Assembly (NCBI GenBank): GCA_051362555.1
Contig: CM120640.1
Location: 26,832,225-26,896,224 of the forward strand
Direction: 5' to 3'
DNA: 64,000 nucleotides
DNA from: Lingula anatina
Taxonomy: Eukaryota > Animalia > Brachiopoda
Shown here: positions 53,801-64,000 of the stretch, piece by piece
Numbering within the stretch: the stretch's first letter is position 1
Layout: each line of letters opens with the position of its first letter
Translations under genes and position numbers: made by a program
The notes under the pieces: generated by a model
What the model was told of the DNA's origin: nothing
The model's database searches: none
The model's input: only the letters and a program-made list of their open reading frames with translations

Positions 53801-56800
53801 ACATTTATTGACAAAAATTGTTAAAGATAATTTCAGAGATGTGAAGCAAATGGTCTTGAAAATTAACTGTCAGTGATACTGGTAAACAAGTTTGTAACAG
53901 AATACAAAGTGATGAAGTAAGGAAAAAAGTTTGATGTGTTTTAGAGCTATGATACTAAATATCAATATATGGATAATATGTGCTCACCTCAGTGCAATTC
54001 TGTAATTTTTTTTTTTCATTGCTCAAGGTGTTTTAAACCTTGAGCAAATACATGGGTTGAAAGTTGCAGTTAAGAGACTTGCTGATAACAATGATAATCA
54101 AGGAACACTGGAATTTGACAGGGTAAGTGCATTTTTTAAAATATTTTAAAAAGTAAATGTGAGCATCTGTTACAGAAAAAGAAGCTGATAAAATTTTCCA
54201 TTCAAATTCATTAAGGGTAATTATTGTACCACCAGCGTTAGCGCTGGCGGTACACATGGTTTCGGTCCCGTCCGGATCGTTCCGCCGGCTCCGCCGGCTC
54301 CGCCGGCTCCGTTGGCTCCGCCGGCTCCGCCGGCTCCGCCGGACGGCTACCGTTACCGCTTCTCCTCCTAGACGGTAAGGGCCCCCGTACCCATCTCATG
54401 GATTTAGGTCACCTATAATCTCAACTCGTTCCACGTAAAATTTGGGCTTTGTCGGTATTGGGGTCTGGGTGTGGCACTCATTGCAATGCACCCTTGTCTA
54501 AAAATGGCAAAATTAAATGCTAATTATCTACCCTACGGAAGGAGTTATGGGAAAAATTTCTATAGACAGCTTTCCAAAAGTCATATGTGTAGATTTCAAA
54601 TATACCCTTGGATTTGACCTTTGACCTTTACTTCAAGGTCAAATGGGCCAAAATTTTCAAAAAAATGAAATTTTTTACGAAAAAAATTTTTTTTGCCCTG
54701 TTATTCAGACACCACACAGACTTAACCAATAATATTATTGGAAAGTGTTACCCTTCAGGTCATCTTTCATCTCCATGAATTTGGGGTCAATCGGTGCATT
54801 TTCACGGGAGTAGCGGCCATAAGATACCGAAACTGAAAACTGTCTCTAATTCGGGAACCGTTAATGCTAGAGACCCATTCTTTTTTGCATTTTGTAGAGC
54901 ATGTAAAGCCCAACACTGGAGGTGGTCTCGGTTTTTTTGTATTCCATACGGTTTTCGAGTTACACTGTATCAAAAAGTACATATTGGTGGTAAAAGCAAA
55001 ATGTGGAGTACGGTAATGGATAATAAATTTTGAACTCTGGAAAAATAAAACATAAGGCTTGGCAAAGCAGACAACTTGTGTTCAAAAATGACATTATTTC
55101 ATCAAATTTGAACTTCTGAAACTTCAGAGCACCTCCTATTTCAAGAATTTTGACCAAAATGACATTTTCTTTGTTTTAATTAATTTTTTCTGTACGAAAT
55201 TTAAGGCACATTATGGTAACTCCAAAATTATAACATTTAGTCCCTTATATCTCCAAAACTGGCAGAGATAGGTCCATAGTTACTATTGAAGTTGAATAGG
55301 AAGTCATATACTGGCAATCTTACTATGACCTTGAAAGTGACCTTTGACCTACTTTTCACCATGAACTGAACTTTGCAAATTTTTCTTCCCTTTTATCTCC
55401 AAAACTGGCAGAGATAGGTCCATAGTTACTATTGAACTTGAATAGGAAGTCATATACTGGCATTATAAATGTGACCTTAAAATTGACCTTTGACCTACTT
55501 TTCACCATAAACTGAACTTTGCAAAATTTGCTTCCCTTTTATCTCCAAAACTGGCAGAGATAGGTCCATAGTTACTATTGAACTTGAATAGGAAGTCATA
55601 TACTGGCAATCTAAATGTGACCTTAAAATTGACCTTTGACCTACTTTACACCATGAACTGAATTTTGCAAATTTTGCTTTCCTTTTATCTCCAAAACTGG
55701 CAGAGATAGGTCCATAGTTACTATTGCACTTGAATAGGGAGTCATATACTGGCAATCTAAATGTGACCTTGAAATTGCCCTTGGCCTACTTTTCACCATG
55801 AACTGAACTTTGCAAATTTTGCTTTCCTTTTATCTCCAAAACTGGCAGAGATAGGTCCATAGTTACTATTGAACTTGAAAAGGAAGTCATATACTAGCAA
55901 TCTAAATGTGACCTTAAAATTGACCTTTGTCCTACTTTACACCATGAACTGTATTTTGCTTCCCTTTTATCTCCAAAACTGGCAGAGATAGGTCCATAGT
56001 TACTATTGAACTTGAATAGGAAGTCATATACTGGCAATCTAAATGTGACCTTGAAATTGACCTTTGACCTACTTTTCACCATGAACTGAACTTTGCAAAT
56101 TTTGCTTTCCTTTTATCTCCAAAACTGGCAGAGATAGGTCCATAGTTACTATTGAACTTGAATAGGAAGTCATATACTGGCAATCTAAATGTGACCTTAA
56201 AATTGACCTTTGACCTACTTTTCACCATAAACTGAACTTTGCAAATTTTGCTTCCCTTTTATCTCCAAAACTGGCAGAGATAGGTCCATAGTTACTATTG
56301 AACTTGAATAGAAAGTCATATACTGGCAATCTAAATGTGACCTTGAAATTGACCTTTGACCTACTTTTTATCATGAACTGAACTCTGCTAATTTCTTTCT
56401 CTTTTAACTTCAAACTTGACAGAGATAGGTCCATAGTTACTCTTGAACTTGAATAGGAAGTCATATACTGGAAATTTACTGTGACCTTGAAATTGACCCT
56501 TGACCTACCTTACGAAGAACTTAAATTTGATTGTACCATATATATTTTTTGCAATAGTTTAAAAATTCTTGTTGATTGCATTTTTACAGCTTGTCAAGCA
56601 CAAAACTGGTGGCTGTGTCCCTTATTTTGTGTATGTGGGGGTCTATACGAATGCGCTTGCTCCAGCTGGTGGTACAATATTCGGAGGCGGTATCGCCTCT
56701 CTGATCCTCTAGTTTATGATAGTATTTTTGCTAGATGTGCCATTGTTATATTACATGAAAAATGTTTTTTGATTTGTTTTGGTGCACTGGTGTTGTTCTA

Positions 56801-59800
56801 GGAGAAGGATTGGGCTAAGACAAAGTATGTTTATCTTCTGACTGCTCTTGGAATTTGTGAGCAATTAGAAGGGTAAGTAATCATATGAAGAAACTTTTTT
56901 ATCCACATTATCAGTGTGGGATCATTTTAAAGATATAAAAATTGCTCTCTTGTTATGTCTTTTTACATTATTTTTTCATTATGGATTTAGAAATTGGAAA
57001 ACGAACACACAAAGATTTTTATAAAGCAATCTTCTCTAGCATGCTTTCACCCACAATTAATGATTGAGCAACCTGTTTCTTTGTATTTTATAAAGAATTA
57101 GGGAATACTCATGTATTGATCATGTTTTGTTTGGTTCTGAAATTTCCAGTCTTCAGGTCAATCAAAATGAAATAAAATCAAGGCAATTTTATGTGCAGAC
57201 ACAGTAGTGGCTGTACATATTGGCTATCACCATTTAATGGCTAAAATGCAGGCTAAGTGGGTCTTCAGATTAGTACTGGGGTTTTATTTACTGTTTGTTC
57301 AATGATTTTTTCTATGTTTTGGACACTTATTTTCCAGGCAATGTGTTGTTTAAGCTGCAACCTGCTGGGGTTACTGTGGGCCTTTTAATGACTGACTGTT
57401 GTTCCTTTAAATTTTGTGATAATTTTTATCTATAATTCCATCTTGCTTTTGATAATTTGAATACTGGCCTAAGTGTACATATACCTGAAGTATTGAATGA
57501 GATTATTGTAATGTATTATTTTTTTAAATTGTTTCTCTTTATGATAAATTTGGTCAAGCTTTATAACCAACAAGGTATTTTTTTCAGTAAATACTCCAAA
57601 GCAGTGATGACAGTATACATGAAAGGGGGAACTTTAAAAGATCGACTTGAACAATCGAAGATAAGTGGTGAAAGTTTGGACTGGAAAACTCGCCTACGCA
57701 TGAGTGTCCAGTTGGCTGATGCAGTGAAATTTCTTCAGTCAGATGACAAGTAAGTTTTATCGACTTATCTGACTTGAAGGTACTCATAGACTTGAACACT
57801 TGCTAAAGACTTCACTGTTTTTTAAGCAAAGTTAATCAAAGTAAAGCACTAAAAGCAGTATATGCTCCCCATGAAGACCAAGAAAATTACAAATTACATG
57901 CGCATGCACGTGAGAGCACACGCACACACACACACACACACACACAAAAGCGGAAAAAAGAAAAGGAATAAGAATATTTATAATATATATATATATTTAT
58001 AATATATATATTTATATATAGTCATGACAAATGAACATAAGGCTAATTAACAACTAAGCAGATTGATGATTAAACAGGAAATAAATCGGTTATATTATTT
58101 ACACAAAAAAGAAAATCTTAAAAAGTACATATAATACAGAGATAAATTAGGTACTGTTCAAGTAATTTCAAAGTTGTCAAGTAGGAACATAGAAATGGTA
58201 ACAAGGATCTTTTCATTTTGTCCATCAGCTTGAGATATATGTCCATGAAGAAACAATGACAGCTTTTTTTTCACTTTTTTAAGAGACCACATTTCCCTGT
58301 GTTTTATTGTCAATTTTTTGTTAAGGGGCGGGTATAGGGCATCTGAAAAAGAAGTGAAAAGGAGTATCAGGGGCACCACAGGTGCAGTTTATCTGTACAG
58401 TTCTGCTTCAAACAAATACCCAACCCTCACGCTGTAGATATTTCTATTGTCTTCTATTTAGGATTAGTGCAGTGGTTGAAAGATTATTTTTCAGGGAATT
58501 TTTTTTAAAAGAAGGGATTGAAGGTAAAGACATTGGTACATACAAGCATGTTTGATATTGTGTGATGTTTTTCTTTGTACCATTATTATCATTTTCTACA
58601 TATTCATATTCATGTTGCTGCATGTGTTTGTTTGGTATTTCAGAAGCAAGTGCGCAGTTCATAGAGACATCAAATCCTCAAACATATTCCTGGATGAGCA
58701 TGAGAACATCAGGCTTGGAGATATGGGATTTGCAAAAATGTATAATGTGAAGAGTGGAAGGGCCACTGTTACCAAAAGTAAGACTAAATGCCTCTAGTTG
58801 AAGGCTGCTTTGTGTAATAGTTGTTCATTCTTTGGGCACCCATATGAGGTTTCTGTACATAAAAGCATTGTTAGACTAAATGACTTTTATGTTTGTATTT
58901 TATGCACACTCACATGAATGCATGTAAAACTATTTTCAGCTGTTCCTTTTGCTGCTGGCTATACAGACCCAAAACTTCATGAAGGGGTTGTAACAAACAC
59001 TACTGACTGTTACGGTATTGGAATAGGTAATGGATGCCAATAAAACTGAACTGTTTTGATCTTGGTATCAGGGGTTGAGTATAACATTTTCTATCTAAAA
59101 AAACTTTCATAAGTTTTTTCTACATTTTTATGTACAGACACAGATGTGTCTGTACATATTGCCATCATCTGCGTCTGTCGTCGCCGATGGCAATGGCGAT
59201 GCCGATGCCAGCGCCGTGCACTTTCCTTTTAAACACGATAAGTGGAGGGCAGTTTTACTTTTTGGCTTTATATTTACAGAGCTGATGAATATTCATAAAA
59301 CGCAGGTCAAGTTCGAAAATCAGCATGATCGGGCCATTATTGTAGAAGTTATGCTGTTTTTTCACTTTTCAGCATATTTTTCAGCATATATGCAACACTG
59401 TAAACACAATATAAGAAAAACAGATAGGCCAATTGTCATTAAACTCACAGGATTGGTCAATCTTACTAAAACGCAGGTTGAGTTCGAAAATCAGCATAAT
59501 CAGGCCATTATTTTAGAAGTTAAGCTGTTTTTTCCCATTTCCTCAGATTCAATTCTTAGGCATGTTAACAGTCTTATTATTTTACTAATAAGATACATAA
59601 AAGTGTTTGTTTGACATTTCCTGCATCTTTACAACATTGTTAGTTGATTATGTAAAAATGATGGTAAACTTGTTATCGTGTATTGTGTAATAAAGTGTCA
59701 AAAATGGAAATAAACTCATGTCATTACAGTTTGTCAGATTCAATCATTCACTATGTTCAGAATCTCAGAATGGAGGAAATTGGACATTTAACACTATTCT

Positions 59801-62800
59801 ATTGATATTTTTCCCATCTCATCAATTTTCTTAGTTGATCATATAAAAACGGTAGTAAACTGTTAATTTTGTTTTATGTTAGAAATTGTTAAAACTGGAA
59901 AAAAAAAACATTTCAGAACATTGCTGTCTTTGTTTACATTTTGGCATTTTCAAGTTGTGACTTTAAAGTTCCATGGGCCTGAAGACCTTTGCTAGTCACA
60001 TTTTCTGAATATCCATAATACTAATATTTTATTATTAAAATTGATGGTCATTATGCTGTTAAACATTATGTAATATTGCATCAAAATTTGGAAAAAAAAC
60101 TATTTTGGGCACTGCTCCCATGATGACCATTTAAGAAAAACCATGTCACTTACTGTTCTCAAACTTACAGGAAAGAAACATGGGACTAAAATACAGCTTC
60201 AGTAGGCAATGCAGTCTGTTTGGTAATTCTTACTGCCAGTTAAACATTTTTTTTGTGAAAATGTAATTTTTCACATAATGGCATTTTCAAGGTGTGACTT
60301 TGAAGTTCCTCGGGCTTGAAGACCCATGCTAGTCACATTTTCTGAAAATCCATGATACGTATATTTTATTATTAAAAATTGACGGTCATTATGCTGTTAA
60401 CCATTATGTAATATGGCATCAGAATAGAAGAAAACGCAATTTTGGGTGCTGCTGCCATGATGACCATTATGGGAAAACCATGTTACTTATGATTGCCAAA
60501 CTTTCAAAAAATACATACAGGACTAAAATGCAGCCTGAGTTGGAAAAGCAGTCTAATTGGCTTCTTTTTCTGGAAGTTATACATTTTCACAGTGTGAACT
60601 TGTTACACAATTTACTTACATTGGTATTACCTGTTGAGCATAATTAAAATTTGATGTTGAATTTGCAGTTTAACATAATGTACTTTTGCATCAGAATTGA
60701 CAGTAGCCTATTTTGTGCATAGTTATTTCCTGTTTTTTGTCTGTACATTTGACAGCTTTGCTGCCTTGTTATTTTACTGATCAGAAGTAAATACATATTT
60801 CTTTGTAAGTGAAGATTTATGTCTTTTCAGTGGAAAGAATAACTGAAATATAACTTTCAGTATATTTTATGTATAAAAAATTCTTTCAAGTGCTTGAGGA
60901 ATTGTTGACGGGTGTTCTTGCCTCTGATCCTGACCCTGAGAAAGGTAGCTCAGTTTCTCTTCATCTCTCCTGGAATACTTCTGATGATGAAGAAAAGATT
61001 TTGATAGAGAAGGGGATAGAGCAGGTGAGTGTTTAATCTTTATCCTAAAGAAGGGTCTGACACAATTATAATGAGATATAATGGATAAGACTAAATGAGC
61101 TTTTTTTCCCTTTTTAATATCCATGTTGGATAGTGCATGTTTCTTAATTATCTGTCAACACTGGAAATAACTACAGTGGAATGTCATGTGACATTTGCAA
61201 ACAACACCCCAACTCTACCAGTAACTCTCTAGAAACTTTATTATTTTTAGACTCTTTTTATGATCTTAAACAACTGATGGCATGATTAGAAGATTTGTGG
61301 CCTGAATGCAGTACCAAATATGGAAACCCCTGATAAAATCTGGAGAGTTGACAGGCCTGATTTTTTTTATAATGACAAATAATACTCTGTATTGCAGGGA
61401 TGGCCCAGAGAAATAAGCACAGAATTCGCCAAACTAATTAAGATGTGCAAAAAGGGAAAACCTGTGAAAAGAATCAAAATTGAAGAACTGTATGATGCAT
61501 TGTTGAAACTTTACAAGGTAAGTAATTCCTATTGACAAGTGAAGTTTAGATTGTATAGATTTTGTAAACTATATATTGTTTAATGTGTAAGAATAATTAT
61601 GTAAGTTGGTGTATTCCTTTTAAATACATAAAGCCATTTTTTTGCTTGGTCTAAAACCTAGTTGGTAAATGTTATCAAATTATCACAAGTTATTTTCACA
61701 TGCATTGTATTTGCCTGAAGACGTACATTCTTATTAATTTATGTGTCATCATATTTTTATTTACTTCAAATGTACTGAGTACCTCTGTTTGGTAAAAAGA
61801 CAGATTCCTTTAGAAAGTAAGCATGATCAGGTCATTTTTCCAGAACATTTTGTAAATTGTTGCATTGTTTTTGTCTATTTGGTGTCTGCATATTTGCCAG
61901 TTTAGATAAAGTAAAACCAGAATTAAAGTGGCAATTATTCAGTGACAAAATTTGGTCTTCTAGGGAGGTGTTGAAGGTGCACCTGTATATGCAGGGACTG
62001 GTGGTAAACCCATTCAGTCTGAGAAATGCCTCTACTGTTTGGTACATCAAGCAGGTATATAAACTATATTACTGTAGCACATATCGTAGCTTTAAACTAC
62101 AAAGATGAAAGGAGTCATATAGATTAAGTTATACTTTTTGTGTGAATTTATGAATAAAACATAATGATAAAAATACTGTATAAATGCCATGGGCATTTTC
62201 TATTTCAGCAAACAGTCAGCTCAGTTGTGGATGCAAGTTCCTTTGTACTCACTGCATAGTTGAACGCACCAAGGAGAACAAGAGCATATGGTGCATGTTG
62301 CATATGGAAGAAGTTGAATTTAAAAAACGTAATATGTTTGTGTGTACTGTATGTGTATGTGAAATTCTCCAGTTTCAAATTTGCAAAAATCACATCACTA
62401 TACAGGGCTTACTTGCAAATCAATAAAAACTGAATGAATCTGAATATCTTTTTACTTAAATCATATTATAAAAAGCAGTATCAAGAAGGTTGGCAGTACA
62501 AATAACAAATCATGAAGATGATTTTCTCATTTGCCTGCAAGTGTAATCTGTGTCCCTAATTTCTTTTTAGAAAACTTATACTGTGATGGAAATTTTACCA
62601 AGCTCTTTGATGCCAGTTACCCAGTGGTTTCACTTGTCAAGTTGATCAATTCCAAGATAGACAAGCATTGGAAATCAGTTGGCCTGATAAAAGTCATAGA
62701 TAGATGTGGTGAAGACCGTGCCGTTGCCACAGGCTTCAAAATAGGTGGAAATTATTTGATGACGAATCGTCACATTGTTTACAGTTTCGGAGAAGGTAAA

Positions 62801-63617
62801 GTGATGATGCTAACAAGATGTGTTTCAAAGGTGTTTTGCACTAAAAGTTTAAATGTATTTATGATGGTTTACTGTTGCATATCAAAACATTTTATAAGGG
62901 TGCCTTGTAGTATTTGTGAAAACTGAGAACATGCTTTTATTTAAAGCTCATTATGATATCTTAAGAAATACACATTGAAGTATTTTGACAATTAGGTATT
63001 AAATCAGGAGGTGGAGGCTGGGGGAATATTGCTTTTACTTCATTTTTTCCTGTTCTACAGGTTGCCAAGGAGTCAAGGTAGAATTTGGATATTTGCAACA
63101 AACTTCAAGAACAACAACATATAAATTTGAAGATATGCCATGGTACAGTGAAGTATTGGATGCAGCTTTGTTCTACATTCGCAATGCAGACAGCCATGAT
63201 GTTGTACCAGATCTCGACTGTGATATAGCAGATGTGGAGCCAGGAAAAGATGTCTGTATTGTAGGACATAATAAATGTGATCCATTAAGATATGACCCAG
63301 ATACAACAATACTTATTGATTTAGATGTTCAAAAAGACATGCAAACCTATCCTTCAGGCAATTTTGCAAATGCACGTGATAGCAATCGACAGTCAATGAA
63401 GTCAAGTTTTATGCATGGGGCATCTGGGTCGCCTTGCTTTGATGAATATGGTAACCTTGCCCTTATGTATACTAAAGGTTATCCTGAGAACTATAAAGAG
63501 CTGGGTATGGCACAAACTGTATTTGAACAGGGTGTTAGAATGAGATGCATATATGAAGAGTTAAAGAAAGAAAAGCCAGAGCTGGTGTCAGATCTGTTCC
63601 CAAATGTTCGCATTTGA
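47890..63617 (+). CDS. Multidomain protein, paralog 2: CARD - Pelle/IRAK-like kinase - variant RING - FAM111-like trypsin protease, no OTU (~909 aa)
   Basis: Coding exons 47890-48051, 52361-52490, 52715-53050, 53364-53669, 54028-54122, 56802-56872, 57588-57749, 58644-58777, 58940-59026, 60891-61024, 61398-61517, 61964-62054, 62209-62328, 62571-62795, 63061-63617. Total 2730 nt, open frame, GT-AG introns in the same phases as paralog 1. HRDIKSSN, DMG and the protease triad (TNRH, LDA, GASGSP) are present. Confidence 0.85.
48330..52126. mobile_element. Composite repeat insertion(s) in the CARD intron of paralog 2: Harbinger MITE, degenerate HINE B, short HINE-like element, MITE
   Basis: Absent from the 530-bp matching intron of paralog 1, where CCCAAAA..GGTACTTTTTG is contiguous. 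Contains the MITE at ~48533-48745, HINE B-like sequence at ~49440-51771 and a short element TTTACCTCTGCCAAGGAGG...CCTTGGCAGAGG at ~50980-51210. Confidence 0.65.
54221..56714 (+). mobile_element. HINE family A, full-length, about 9 homogeneous 146-bp repeats, in a paralog 2 kinase intron
   Basis: 5' TTATTGTACCACCAGCGTTAGCGCTGGCGGTAC, expanded (CCGGCTCCG)n, repeat anchors at 55251, 55397, 55543, 55689 and onward, 3' GCTGGTGGTACAATA...CTCTAGTT. Confidence 0.87.
59125..60770 (+). mobile_element. HINE family B, full-length, in a paralog 2 kinase intron
   Basis: Same termini as 45254-47486. Inserted in a T-run and absent from the matching paralog 1 intron (19175-19385). Confidence 0.82.
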
Positions 63618-64000
63618 CTTAACTAGAGTTGCTACAACTCTTTTTAAGTTTACAGAAAAGTCACTGAAGTGTTGCATATTTTTCTGTACAAAGCAACTTA
63701 CCTTAATAATTAGGAATCCTATTGGTAGGTGGAATTGAAATGATATATTGTAAGAATGAAAAGGTTGCATCTGCATTATTATTTGCGGCAATGGATGCCT
63801 TCTTCCTCTCTTAACTATTGACAGTTTTGTGTTTTACAAGTTTTATTGTATATAATATATAATAATATTAGATGAGGAAAATTTACAAACGTGTTAAAAT
63901 TTGTAAACGTGTTGTCGTCTGTAACACATTGTTTTAGCTTGAGATAATATTACACAATTTATTTTGATATTTTGCAGGAACTTTATGTATATTGAATGTC

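Noticed and set aside
59144-59614. 156-aa ORF in a paralog 2 intron
   Set aside because: Lies wholly within HINE B (microsatellite plus repeat units) and has no protein motif.

Overview
AT-rich, intron-containing animal DNA, probably from an invertebrate (the taxon cannot be determined from this window). It has three parts. (1) 295-5519 is the 3' end (14 exons) of a phosphatidylinositol 4-kinase III alpha (PI4KA) gene. (2) Two tandem + strand paralogs encode an unusual innate-immunity-like multidomain protein, assembled here by hand from GT-AG exons in frame. Copy 1 (12702-26915, 16 coding exons, ~1072 aa) reads CARD - OTU deubiquitinase-like - Pelle/IRAK-like kinase - variant RING finger - FAM111-like trypsin protease. 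Copy 2 (47890-63617, 15 coding exons, ~909 aa) has the same architecture but lacks the OTU domain through a clean in-frame indel. The paralogs differ at the kinase catalytic loop (HKD vs HRD) and diverge most in the CARD, the activation loop and one protease loop. (3) There is a dense load of mostly non-autonomous transposons: Helentron/HINE elements with central tandem repeats, Kolobok-, piggyBac-, P-, Mutator/foldback-, Merlin-, hAT-, pogo- and Harbinger-like elements, and a Penelope fragment. These include a ~16 kb multi-layer nest in the inferred 5' UTR intron of copy 2. All domain and family calls come from manual motif recognition; no database search was run.
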